Below are positions 12,151 to 24,425 of a DNA stretch of 64,000 nt, piece by piece. Under the pieces are notes generated by a model. It had not been told where the DNA came from. It did no database searches and saw only the letters and a list, made by a program, of their open reading frames with translations. The stretch covers positions 1 to 64,000 of the forward strand of contig NIVC01000413.1 in NCBI GenBank assembly GCA_002269645.1. The letters are read 5' to 3'. A program made the position numbers and the translations under genes. Source of the DNA: Macrostomum lignano (Eukaryota). Positions within the stretch are counted from its first letter, which is position 1. Every line of letters begins with the position of its first letter.

Positions 12151-12480
12151 TCCTGGCAGAGGTAGCCCGTGTAATCCTTATGCTTTTTACAAAAGAAAGT
12201 AATAGATTGGAACAAATTTTTCGTGAATAAATTGTTTGTTTAACTTTCTTTTGGGTAGTAGAGGTTGTGCATGTATAGGGACGGCAGTAGCAGTGAGTGT
12301 TTTTTCACGCGATTCCATCTGTGGCTTTATAAATAATATAAAGCTGATCGAATCTCATTATTATGATAGCATGCTGCTTCGAGTGTCTTCCAGTAAAGTG
12401 ACTACGCAAAACTACACAAAAATAAATTATTAAAAGAAGATTTTAAAGACTCAAAAAATACAAACAAAAGCAACAGCAGC

Positions 12481-12901
12481 ATGGCGCTCAGACAGGCAGG
12501 CGGCGAGAGTTCCGGCATCGCTCTGGCCCGGCTAAGCGAGGAGCGCAAAGCCTGGCGCAAGGACCACCCGTTCGGCTTCGTTGCAAAGCCGGCGGCTAAC
12601 GCTGACGGGACGATGAACCTGATGATCTGGGATTGCAAAATACCCGGCCGCCGGGGCACCATCTGGAGGGCGGCCTGTACACTCTGCGCATGTACTTTAA
12701 GGTTGGGCTCGCCTCGCCATCTATCTATCTATCTATCTATCTATCTGTCTATCTATCTATCTATCTATCTATCCATCTATCTATCTATCTGTCCATCTAT
12801 CTATCCATCTATCTATCTATCTATCTGTCTATCTATCTACTATCTGTCTATCTACCTATCTATCTATCTATCTATCTATCTACTATCTATCTATCTATCT
12901 A

Positions 12902-12950
<49 letters not shown>

Positions 12951-13005
12951 ATCAATCTATCTACTATCTATCTACTATCTATCTATCTATCTATCTATCT
13001 ATCTG

Positions 13006-13055
<50 letters not shown>

Positions 13056-13056
13056 C

Positions 13057-13091
<35 letters not shown>

Positions 13092-13141
13092 ATCTATCTA
13101 TCTACCTATCTATCTATCTATCTACTATCTATCTATCTATC

Positions 13142-13175
<34 letters not shown>

Positions 13176-14079
13176 TTATCTATCTGTCTATCTATTATCT
13201 ATCTATCTATCTGTCTATCTATCCGTCTATCCATCTTTCCCCACCCAGGAGGACTACCCCAGCTCGCCGCCGAAGTGCAAGTTTGAGCCGCCACTATTTC
13301 ACCCGAATGTCTATCCGTCCGGTACCGTCTGCCTCTCACTGCTGGACGAGGAGAAAGACTGGCGCGCGTCCGTCACAATCAAGCAGATTCTGCTGGGCAT
13401 TCAGGAGCTGCTGGATGCGCCAAATATCCGGGATCCTGCTCAGGCTGAAGCCTACACCTGCTTCATGTGAGTTCTGAGCACCGTGCCGGTGTGTGATGCC
13501 ACTGTGTGCTCTGGTGTGCCAGTGTGTGATCCCACTGTGTGCTCTGGTGTGCCAGTGTGTGATCCCACTGTGTGCTCTGGTGTGCCAGTGTGTGATCCCA
13601 CTGTGTGCTCTGGTGTGCCAGTGTGTGATCCCACTGTGTGCTCTGGTGTGCCAGTGTGTGATCCCACTGTGTGCTCTGGTGTGCCAGTGTGTGCTCCCAC
13701 TGTGTGCTCTGGTGTGCCAGTGTGTGATCCCACTGTGTGCTCTGGTGTGCCAGTGTGTGCTCCCACTGTGTGCTCTGGTGTGCCAGTGTGTGATCCCACT
13801 GTGTGCTCTGGTGTGCCAGTGTGTGCTCCCACTGTGTGCTCTGGTGTGCCAGTGTGTGATCCCACTGTGTGCTCTGGTGTGCCAGTGTGTGATCCCACTG
13901 TGCATTGTGATATAAATTTGTACATTATTACACAATCTATTAAACTTAGCTCGTTACTTCAAGTAGTGCAGTCAGTTAATACGTGTTCTTTGTAAATTTT
14001 AAATTCCAGGCAAAATCGGCGAGAATACGACGAGAAAGTTCGACAACAAGCGACTCGATTTAAGAATCCAAATTTGTGA
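12481..14079 (+). CDS. UBE2I: SUMO-conjugating enzyme UBC9; exons 12481-12701, 13249-13466, 14010-14079; one G missing near 12666 (frameshift)
   Basis: [38 protein letters not shown]|[32 protein letters not shown] and [15 protein letters not shown] boundaries are phase-consistent. Confidence 0.93.
12718..13233. repeat. (TCTA)n / GATA microsatellite filling UBC9 intron 1
   Basis: Read directly from the sequence. Confidence 0.97.
13481..13902. repeat. 33-bp minisatellite, about 13 copies, UBC9 intron 2
   Basis: Unit CTGGTGTGCCAGTGTGTG(A/C)TCCCACTGTGTGCT. Confidence 0.97.
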
Positions 14080-14632
14080 ATTTATCTAAGCATCGTTAAC
14101 TTATTTTCTAATCATAATCGTTCAGTTTGAAGGCACCGCTGATTTTGCTGTGCAGCACGTGTCGCGTCATTATTGTTATTGCGTATCAACCAGTTTTAAG
14201 ATAATCAATTACTTGATTAGGGGTCTCTGTCTAAATTCTCTAATAGCAACTCTAACACATCCTACTGACGTAAGTAGTTCATTCCGAATGTTTATCTACA
14301 AATCGAATTCGATTTGCAGATGATACGACTAGGTTATTATCAATTACCGTAATTAACTTATTATCTGCAGCAATTTAACATAATATGTAGCTAATATTGT
14401 TTTTATTGTCAGCTAAAATGCGAGTTTTAACCCAGTGCAAAGTCTGCTTTGTGTAGGAATTATAATGCATCTCAGCGTGCATTGAAATATTTTGCTTAAC
14501 TTGCGCGAGCATGCCTCTGCTGCTCGCTTGTATCTCCGCTGCGTGTGTTTATAAACTGTGTCGACTGTTTGTCAGAGTTTATTTCGCCAAGTCTGCTCTT
14601 TCTGGTTGCTGTTTTTTCTTTATAGATGGGAC

Positions 14633-15231
14633 CTCAGATCCTCAGTTGCTGGGCCAGCCTCCCAGATCCTAAGTTGCTCGGCCAACCTCCCAGATCCTCA
14701 GTTGCTGGGCCAGCCTTCCAGATCCTCAGTTGCTCGGCCAACCTCCCAGATCCTCAGTTGCTGCGCCAGTCTCCCAGATCCTCAGTTGCTGCGCCAGTCT
14801 CCCAGATCCTCAGTTGCTGCGCCAGCTTCCCAGATCCTCAGTTGCTGCGCCAGTCTCCCAGATACTCAGTTGCTGGGCCAGTCTCCCAGATACTCAGTTG
14901 CTGGGCCAGCCTCCCAGATCCTCAGTTGCTGGGCCAGCCTCCCAGATCCTCAGTTGCTGCGCCAGTCTCCCAGATCCTCAGTTGCTGGGCCAGCCTCCCA
15001 GATCCTCAGTTGCTGGGCCAGCCTTCCAGATCCTCAGTTGCTGGGCCAGCCTCCCAGATCCTCAGTTGCTCGGCCAACCTCTCAGATCCTCAGTTGCTCG
15101 GCCAACCTCCCAGATCCTCAGTTGCTGGGCCAGCCTCCCAGATCCTCAGTTGCTGGGCCAGCCTCCCAGATCCTCAGTTGCTGGGCCAGCCTCCCAGATC
15201 CTCAGTTGCTCGGCCAACCTCCCAGATCCTC
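14633..15231 (+). repeat. 28-bp minisatellite, about 21 copies
   Basis: Unit CCCAGATCCTCAGTTGCTGGGCCAGCCT. The same family is inverted at 33225-33770. Confidence 0.95.
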
Positions 15232-15345
15232 ATTTGCATGGCTACTGTTAGGCTCTTATGGATGCTAAGCAGCAAATATGCATAAATACAGTTCTTATAT
15301 CAGATGAGCATCAATTTCTGGTCTTCCACCCGCTCTTCAGCTATC

Positions 15346-17212
15346 ATGACAGCAGGAGTTACCTGGCGGTTTTGCGTCCTTTGTCGACAGAGCCTGCCGC
15401 CCAGGATTCTGTTGCTGGCCAGGTAAATATGCAGTTTTTGCTACCGAAAAACCGACTTGTTGGATCAGATATCTTGCACCCTTAGTTACCCGGCCGCCGA
15501 GGATCACAGAATGTCAACTGACAATTGTTATAAGTCACCTGATGCTCAGAAATCAAGTAAAATTCATCTGCCAAGGAAGTCTACTTCATCCGACAATCAA
15601 GTCAAATTCACCTGACAATCAAATCAAAGTCACCTGACAATCAATTCAAAGTCACCTGACAATCAAATCAAAGTCGCCTGACAATCAAATCAAAGTCACC
15701 TGACAATCAAGTCAAAGTCACCTGACAATCAAATCAAAGTCACCTGACAATCAAATCAAAGTCACCTGACAATCAAGTCAAATTCACCTGACAATCAAGT
15801 CAAAATCACCTGACAATCAAGTCAAATTCACCTGACAATCAAGTGAAATTCACCTGACAATCAAGTCAAATTCACCTGAAAATCAAGTCAAAGTCACCTG
15901 ACAATCAAGTCAAATTCACCTGACAATCAAGTCAAATTCACCTGAAAATCAAGTCAAAGTCACCTGACAATCAAGTCAAATTCACCTGACAATCAAATCA
16001 AAGTCACCTGACAATCAAGTCAAATTCACCTGACAATCAAGTCAGATTCACCCGACACTCAAGTCAGGCATCTGACACTCAAGTCAGGAATCTGACACTC
16101 AAGTCAAAAACACCTGACACTCCAGTCAGACACCTAACGATCAATTCAAATTCTCCTGACAATTAGATCGGATTCACCTGACAATCAAGCCAAATTCACC
16201 TGACAATCAAGTCAAATTCACCTGACAATGAAATCAAAGTCACCTGACAATCAAGTCAAATTCACCTGACAATCAAGTGAAAGTCATCCGACAATCAAGT
16301 CAAATTTACCTGACAATCACATCAAAGTCACCTGACAATCAAATCAAAGTCACCTGACAATCAAATCAAAGTCACCTGACAATCAAATCAAAGACACCTG
16401 ACACTTAAGTCAAACCTAACAATCAATTAAAATTCTCCTGACAATCAAGTCAAATTCACCTGATAATCAAGTCAAATTTACCTGACAATCAAGTCAAATT
16501 TACCTGACGACAATTAAGTCAAATTCACCTGACAATCAAATCAAAGACCCTGACAACCAAGTCAAATAAATGTGACAACCAAGTCAAATACATGTGACAA
16601 CCAAGTCAAATACACTTAATAATAAAATACTATCACAATAAACTTCGCAGACAGACTATCAGCAGCAGCAGCAGCAGCAGAAATGTCTCGGACAAATCCT
16701 TGCAACCGTCAAAACCAATCAGACCCGGTCGTAGCGGCCTCACTGAACCGCTTGCCAACCGTAGCGAGCCTGGCGATTCCCGTCGCAGTGCCGATCCCAA
16801 CAATGAACTGCAAGAGTACATTGAGTACTCTAAAATCAATACCTGGCACGCGGCCGTAGGTCGCAGTTCGCCAGCTGGTAAGCAGCGCTGGAAATACGAG
16901 CGCCTGGTGCTTGGCACCTGTGCGGTGATATTTCTAGCTTACGTGTACATCAGGCCGGAGAACTCAATTGATGAGCAATTCGGCATGGAAGAATTCGGCA
17001 AAGGCCTGTTCCGGCCAAATCCGGCCATGGAGCATCACATCGCGGCCACTATACAGACAGTGGAATCCAGAGGCGGAGACGCCAGTCTGTACAGGAACCA
17101 GCTGAAGATTCTATTGAAAGAGAAAGAGCTGCAGCTGGAAAGGGAACGGCAGAAGTATAGTGGTAAAGCCGATGTTAAATACGATCCGACACTGCACGAC
17201 ATCAAGTACTGA
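15346..17212 (+). CDS. UQCC4/CCSMST1-like single-pass mitochondrial protein (about 212 aa); exons 15346-15422 and 16651-17212
   Basis: Phase-2 splice joins an Arg-rich, acid-free presequence-like exon (MTAGVTWRFCVLCRQ...) to an ORF with a TM helix followed by IRPENSIDE and ...ESRGGDASLYRNQL. This resembles the recalled CCSMST1 LREENDID...G.D..L pattern. Confidence 0.6.
15593..16590. repeat. 22-bp minisatellite, about 45 copies, intronic
   Basis: Unit AATCAAGTCAAATTCACCTGAC. Confidence 0.95.
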
Positions 17213-17354
17213 CAGTTGCTGACTGTTGTCAGTCTGACTGTGTCTGACCTTGTCACTCTTCTCTTAATCAGCGTGTTCTTTTCTGTCCCTGATCACCCCT
17301 TCTCCCTATAGTTCTCTCGTTATTCGTCACATCCTTATCTCTGTAGCTCCCTGA

Positions 17355-17890
17355 TCTCGTCACTCCCTAATCTCCTCGTCACTCCCTAATCTCCTCGTCA
17401 CTCCCTAATCTCATCACTCCCTAATCTCGTCACTCCATAATCTTCTCGTCACTCCCTAATCTCCTCGTCACTCCCTAATCTCATCATTCCCTATAATCTC
17501 CTCGTCACTCCATAATCTCCTCGTCACTCCCTAATCTCCTCGTCACTCCATAATCTCCTCGTCACTCCATAATCTCCTCGTCACTCCCTAATCTCATCAC
17601 TCTCTAATCTTCTCGTCACTCCCTAATCTCCTCGTCACTCCCTAATCTAATCACTCCCTAATCTCGTCACTCCATAATCTCCTGGTCACTCCCTAATCTC
17701 CTCGTCACTCTCTAATCTCATCACTCCCTAATCTCCTCGTCACTCTCTAATCTCATCACTCCCTAATCTCCTCGTCACTCCCTAATCTCGTCACTACCTA
17801 ATCTCCTCGTCACTCCCTAATCTCGTCACTCCCTAATCTCGTCACTCACTAATCTCGTCACTTCCTAATACCCTCGTCACTCCCTAATCT
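17355..17890. repeat. 16/19-bp minisatellite (CTCCTCGTCACTCCCTAAT)
   Basis: Read directly from the sequence. Confidence 0.93.
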
Positions 17891-18139
17891 CTGATCCACC
17901 CCTTGTTACGGATAATTACGGAATATGCTTTGCAAAAGTTAGTTTCGTATTCATTATTCATGTTCTGTTTAACGTAAAGTGCAAGAGCGAAATATACTAC
18001 TTAATAATGTAAGTAGACGATTAGTTCTCCGTCATTTGAGATTTTTATGATAACATAGACAAGCAAGTTGATATCTTGTAATTATTCTATTCGCAATTAT
18101 TGACTTAATTTGACACTTAACCAAGTATTGCGCAAGGAG

Positions 18140-19515
18140 GCAGAGGCGTCGCCATAGATTTTTATAGTTGGAGACGGAGCCAAGAATTCTTCATGACTAA
18201 ATTCCTACATTAGTTTGGGAATCAGTGTTTTTAGCACTCATTATGGCGCCGCAGGCAGACACTCATTTTGGCGCCGCAGGCAGACACTAATTTTGGTGCC
18301 GCAGGCAGACACTCATTTTGGTGCCGCAGGCAGACACTCATTTTGGTGCCGCAGGCAGACACTCATTTTGGCGCCGCAGGCAGACACTCATTTTGGTGCC
18401 GCAGGCAGACACTCATTTTGGCGCCGCAGGCAGACACTCATTTTGGTGCCGCAGGCAGACACTCATTTTGGTGCCGCAGGCAGACACTCATTTTGGCGCC
18501 GCAGGCAGACACTAATTTTGGTGCCGCAGGCAGACACTCATTTTGGCGCCGCAGGCAGACACTCATTTTGGTGCCGCAGGCAGACACTCATTTTGGCGCC
18601 GCAGGCAGACACTCATTTTGGTGCCGCAGGCAGACACTCATTTTGGCGCCGCAGGCAGACACTCATTTTGGCGCCGCAGGCAGACACTCATTTTGGTGCC
18701 GCAGGCAGACACTCATTTTGGCGCCGCAGGCAGACACTCATTTTGGTGCCGCAGGCAGACACTCATTTTGGCGCCGCAGGCAGACACTCATTTTGGCGCC
18801 GCAGGCAGACACTCATTTTGGTGCCGCAGGCAGACACTCATTTTGGTGCCGCAGGCAGACACTCATTTTGGTGCCGCAGGCAGACACTCATTTTGGTGCC
18901 GCAGGCAGACACTCATTTTGGTGCCGCAGGCAGACACTCATTTTGGTGCCGCAGGCAGACACTCATTTTGGCGCCGCAGGCAGACACTCATTTTGGTGCC
19001 GCAGGCAGACACTCATTTTGGCGCCGCAGGCAGACACTCATTTTGGTGCCGCAGGTAAGAAACTCATTTTGGTGCCGCAGGTAAGAAACTCATTTTGGTG
19101 CCGCAGGCAGACACTCATTTTGGCGCCGCAGGCAGACACTCATTTTGGCGCCGCAGGCAGACACTCAATTTGGTGCCGCAGGTAAGAAACTCATTTTGGT
19201 GCCGCAGGCAGATACTCATTTTGGCGCCGCAGGCAGACACTCATTTTGGCGCCGCAGGCAGACACTCATTTTGGTGCCGCAGCAGACACTCATTTTGGTG
19301 CCGCAGGTAAGAAACTCATTTTGGTGCCGCAGGCAGACACTCATTTTGGCGCCGAAAGCGCTATATTTTAGGGCCCCGAAGCAAAATTATTGATTTCCAT
19401 AACGGGTCACAAGGTGAGGTGGGGTGACAAAGCATTGGCATGTGCCACCATAGCTTTTACTGGGAGGGGGGTGGCGGGCATGTCTACCTGTTCTTCCCTG
19501 TGGCGACGCCACTGC
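18140..19515 (+). mobile_element. MITE-like family A element with expanded internal 25-bp array
   Basis: TIRs GCAGAGGCGTCGCCA (18140-18154) and TGGCGACGCCACTGC (19501-19515), one mismatch. Unique parts align with 6208-6494. Confidence 0.78.
18235..19350. repeat. 25-bp minisatellite, about 44 copies
   Basis: Unit GCAGGCAGACACTCATTTTGG(C/T)GCC. Confidence 0.97.
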
Positions 19516-20439
19516 GAAGCAGGAAGTCAGCGACACGATGTTGCTTTTCCAAGAAATCGTTTTCCTACGACAAGCTAGTTTTGCTTATTGGTGTATTGTG
19601 AGTCTCTGCTCTTGCATCCGATATCTAAGAGTACATTCGTAGCTCTGGTTTAGTTATCTGCATGCACTGCATACATCTATCAGATGGATCAATAATAATC
19701 ATTTTATTTAAAGCTGAAGTGTAACTGTAGACAAAGTTAATAACATCTAACAGCACGAATACAGTGTGACGTTGTCAATTTAAGTAGCCCCGTCAAGGGC
19801 CATTTTTACATACGGTACCAATCTGTAATATTGTCAATTTAATGGTCCCGTACTCTCACGTCTGCTTAAAGTAGTGGCCAAAGAATTTTAAATAACTTGC
19901 GTACGTTTGTAAAGCCTAAGTACAGTAGGCGATCGATAATTTCTGTTTTTCTCGCCGGCCAATAGAAAAGCCGCGCATAAATTATGTTAGCCTGAAATTA
20001 AGTTCTCCGCGCGCACCCACCCCCAGCCCGCTCCTTATCAGTCCTGTCTGGCTGGGGCGCTCGGGGTTGCCCTGTTTTCCTGCCTTCTCGCTTCCCTCTC
20101 TCTCTGGACTCCTTGCTTGTTTATTCGTTAGCCAGCCTTAGGCTCCTTAGACTCTTGCCACCCCGGCACTCCGGCACTCAATAATTTATCTATCTTATTG
20201 TTGTGCAACCGCCAGTGCATTCCTTCCGCATTCAGCAATCACTCTGCCCTATCTCTGTTGGCCGCCCAGGCAGAACTGATAATAGCAAGCTTAACTATCC
20301 TTTTATATTGTTACAATAAACAAGGCTGCGGCCATTGCCCGCATCAGTTGTACTATCATCAAGTGCTAATTTACAGTATGAAAATTCTGCTGTCTGCTCT
20401 GCCCTACTCCCCTATTTACCCTGCCAAAATATGCTGCGT

Positions 20440-20660
20440 ACTTCCCTTATCCGCTATCTACTATGCATGTCCGCTATCTACTCTACCTACCCGCTATATA
20501 CTTTACCTACCCGCTATCTACTCTACCTACCCCGCTATCTACTCTACCGATCACTCTATTACTCTACTATTACTCTAGTACTACTCTACCTATATACTGT
20601 ACCTACTCGCTATTCCCTACCTACCCGCTATGTACTCTACCTACCCGTTATCTACTGTAT
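20440..20660. repeat. Degenerate ~20-bp tandem repeat (CTACTCTACCTACCCGCTAT)
   Basis: Read directly from the sequence. Confidence 0.75.
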
Positions 20661-20885
20661 CTAAACGCTATCTTCTCTACCACCTTATCAATCCACCCTA
20701 CCATACAAATACAAACAAATTACTTGCATACTTCACTAGCCTACATCCTACCAATCAACAATCTACTGACTGCATATTAGCTGTACACCAAGCAGCTAAT
20801 CGCTAGTTAAAAATAATGAGAGTCATCTCATAGAACGCATATGCACATGTACAATGTAGCTAGCAATGTTATTCTAACGATTTAT

Positions 20886-23680
20886 CTAAACGGACTCCCT
20901 CGGTCCTCGGGGCAGCCGGTCAATGAGCACGTCCTCGTTAGCCTCGGCCACCGTGTCCGTCGGCGCCTGGGCACCCTTCAGTTTGCCGCTGTGGCCCAGA
21001 AAAATCAACGCCGAACAGGCAAAAACTGCGGCCGCCGTGGACACTAGAATGAGACCTGGACCGGAGGACCAGCTGATTAGGCCAAGGATTCTCGCTGACT
21101 GCTGCTGGTGCGAGGACACGTTTCTGCCGATGAGCTTCTTGGTGATGTGGCCGGCTCTCAAGATACGGGTGTACACATCGATGCACACGATCAGGCAGGC
21201 AGCTGCGTATAGATGTTTGAAAAAGAGGGCCTTCACTGGATACTGATCTTCTGACATCCTAGTGGCGCTTCCTGACAACCTTAGACCCTAGGTTAGTGCT
21301 TCCTGACAACCTTAGACCCTAGGTTAGTGCTTCCTGACACCCTAGAGTGGTGCTTCCTGACACCCTAGAGTGGTGCTTCCTGACACCCTAGAGTGGTGCT
21401 TCCTGACACCCTAGAGTGGTGCTTCCTGACACCCTAGAGTGGTGCTTCCTGACACCCTAGAGTGATGCTTCCTGACATCCTAGAGTGGTGCTTCCTGACA
21501 TCCTAGAGTGGTGCTTCCTGACACCCTAGAGTGGTGCTTCCTGACACCCTAGAGTGATGCTTCCTGACACCCTAGAGTGGTGCTTCCTGACACCCTAGAG
21601 TGATGCTTCCTGACACCCTAGAGTGATGCTTCCTGACACCCTAGAGTGGTGCTTCCTGACATCCTAGAGTGGTGCTTCCTGACACGCTAGAGTGATGCTT
21701 CCTGACACCCTAGAGTGGTGCTTCCTGACACCCTAGAGTGGTGCTTCCTGACACCATAGAGCGGTGCTTCCTGACACCCTAGAGTGGCGCTTCCTGACAC
21801 CCTAGAGTGATGCTTCCTGACACCCTAGAGTGGCGGTTCCTGACACCCTAGAGTGATGCTTCCTGACACCCTAGAGTGGCGCTGCCTGACACCCTAGAGT
21901 GATGCTTCCTGACCATCTAGAGTGGTGCTTCCTGACACCCTAGAGTGATGCTTCCTGACCATCTAGAGTGGTGCTTCCTGACACCCTAGAGTGGTGCTTC
22001 CTGACACCCTAGAGTGATGCTTCCTGACCATCTAGAGTGGTGCTTCCTGACACCCTAGAGTGATGCTTCCTGACCATCTAGAGTGGTGCTTCCTGACACC
22101 CTAGAGTGACACTTCCTGATGCCTTAGAATGGCGCTTCCTGACACCCTAGAGTGATGCTTCCTGACACCCTAGAGTGGTGCTTCCTGACACCCTAGAGTG
22201 GTGCTTCCTGACACCCTAGAGTGGTGCTTCCTGACACCCTAGAGTGGTGCCCCTGATATCCCAACAAATGAAATTGCCTCTGCGGCTCAAAAACGCCCCA
22301 CCCCGAAATTACTGATCAATCCGTGCAGAGCCGCGGCCGCTCTCTTGAAGGTGTAGCGCGGATTCACCAGCGAGTAGAATGCGAACAGGTGAGACAGCAG
22401 CTGCAGCAGGCTGCTGATCGCCAGGAAGGAGACGGCCGTTTGCAGCAGTGCTGTTTGAGGAATCGAAGGGGGACTCGGACACTCTTATCCACTCTGTCAC
22501 TCCCCTGTCTACTGTCACTCCCCTGACTACTCTGTCACTCCCCTGTCTACTGTCACTCCCCTGACTACTCTGTCACTTTCCTGACTACTCTGTCACTCCC
22601 CGGACTACTCTGTCCCTCCCCTGACTACTCTGTCACTCCCCTGACTACTCTGTCGCTCCCCTGACTACTCTGTCCCTCCCCTGACTACTCTGCCCCTCCC
22701 CTGACTACTCGGTCACTCTCCGTTCAAACACATCACTCCCCTGTCAACGATCTGTCGCTCTGGAACACCGAATTCCGCTCACACAGCCGCACTTACAGGC
22801 GATGGCTTTGTCCGCAGCGGTCTCCAACTCCTGCTGCTGTTCGCTAAAGAGCCAGGCCAGCAACTCTGTCGAGCCAGGTTTCGACACTGCAGAAAAATGA
22901 ATGCAACTTTGATAACTGAATGCACATCGATGCCTAGAAATATGATTGGTGGGCTACCTTGTGGATATAGATTAGCAATCCATTCTAATCTCCTGCGAAT
23001 ATAGATTAGCAATCCATTCTAATCTCTTGTGGATATAGATTAGCAACCCATTCTATAAATAATTTTATTTTGAATATAGATTAACAATCCATTTTATTAT
23101 TTAGTGAATAGATTAGCAATTCAATTTATTATTTAGTGAATATAGATTTGCAATCCATTTTATTCTCCTGTGGATATAGATTAGCAATCCAATTTATTCT
23201 CCTGTGGATATAGATTAGCAATCCAATTTATTCTCCTGTAGATATAGATTCGCAATCCATTCTAATCTCCTGTGGATATAGATCAGCAATCCATTCTATT
23301 CTCCTGTGGATATAGATTAGCAATCCATTCTAATCTCCTGTGGATATAGATCAGCAATCCATTCTAAGAAACCCAGCCGCTAATCCGAGCCACTCACCCG
23401 CACACCGGACACTCCAAAGTCCCTGATGGCAGTTCAAGACAGTCTTGGAAATGAATTTCTCTCCAACTCTGACCCCCTGTGGAGCTGAAGTTGCGGTCGC
23501 AGACTCTGCGGTGGACACCAGCAGGTCCAGCAGGGCCCAGCTGTCGCTGCAGGCGGCTCCGGCAGTCAGCAGGGTGGCTGCCACGGTGGCCAGTGCGGCC
23601 AGGGCAGGTCCGAGGTGCCGCCTTCGAGCTGCTGACGTCAGCAGCCGACGCCAGAACGACTGCGGCTGTTGCTGCTGCAT
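20886..23680 (-). CDS. PMP22/EMP/claudin-superfamily 4TM protein (about 275 aa); exons 23680-23398, 22886-22797, 22450-22313, 21202-20886
   Basis: N-terminal TM, then GLWSVRC (claudin GLW-x-x-C motif), FYSLVNPRYTFKRAAAALHGLITACLIV and a C-terminal TM. All three introns are phase 1 with GT-AG boundaries. Confidence 0.82.
21255..22255. repeat. 23-bp minisatellite, about 42 copies, claudin-like intron 3
   Basis: Unit CTTCCTGACACCCTAGAGTGGTG. Confidence 0.97.
22492..22715. repeat. 20-bp minisatellite, claudin-like intron 2
   Basis: Unit CTACTCTGTCACTCCCCTGA. Confidence 0.93.
22960..23366. repeat. 34-bp minisatellite, claudin-like intron 1
   Basis: Unit CTCCTGTGGATATAGATTAGCAATCCATTCTAAT. Confidence 0.92.
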
Positions 23681-24039
23681 CTCAGCAGCTGGCGTGCCGA
23701 ATAATCCTCAGAGCAGCAAAGCCTCTATAATTATTATTTATTGACTGCACTGCTGGCCTGGCAGCCAATGGGATTTCGGCATTGGCTTCGGCAGAACAGC
23801 AATAGCAGAGTTTCAATGGCTTTTCTAATAACAGAAAATGAACAGAATTTTTGCCAGAAGACAGTCTCCAAAATAGCTTTTTTAATTGATTGGCAAGGTG
23901 TGGGTTCTATGGTGAATGTGACTAAGTGTGTTTGAATTAAAGGAAATTAGCCATCTCTGGTTAATTGTGTCCCAGATGCCCACTACATGTATGTGTATGT
24001 CTTCAGCTTAACCCAATCTTGTCAATCTCCTGTCCAGTC

Positions 24040-24425
24040 TGTGTCACTTTCCCATCTACTTGTGTCACTCTCCCATCTACTGTGTCACTCTTTCATCCAC
24101 TGTGTCACTCTCCCATTCATTGTGTCACTCTCCAATTCACTGTGTCACTCTTTCATCTACTGTGTCACTCTCCCATCTACTGTGTCACTCTCCCATTCAC
24201 TGGGTCACTCTCCCATTCATTGTGTCACTCTCCAATTCACTGTGTCACTCTTTCATCTACTGTGTCACTCTCCCATTCACTGTGTCACTCTCCCATTCAC
24301 TGTGTCACTCTCCCATCTACTGTGTCACTCTCCCATCTACTGTGTCACTCTCCCATTCTCTGTGTCAATCTCCCATTCACTGTGTCAATCTCCCATCTAC
24401 TGTGCCACTCTCCCAACTACTGTGT
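24040..24425. repeat. 20-bp minisatellite, about 18 copies
   Basis: Unit TGTGTCACTCTCCCAT(C/T)(T/C)AC. Confidence 0.95.

Noticed and set aside
13336-15285. Long ORFs such as ([11 protein letters not shown])n and (QILSCWASLPDP)n
   Set aside because: These are translations of intronic or intergenic minisatellites and are open in several frames.
18235-19350. CRISPR-like regular array and long repetitive ORFs
   Set aside because: Units are directly adjacent with no unique spacers, there are no cas genes and the context is eukaryotic. The ORFs are artefacts of a stop-free 25-bp unit.
19985-20322. Possible solo LTR (TG...CA, GC-rich core, AATAAA)
   Set aside because: No TSD and no second copy in the window.
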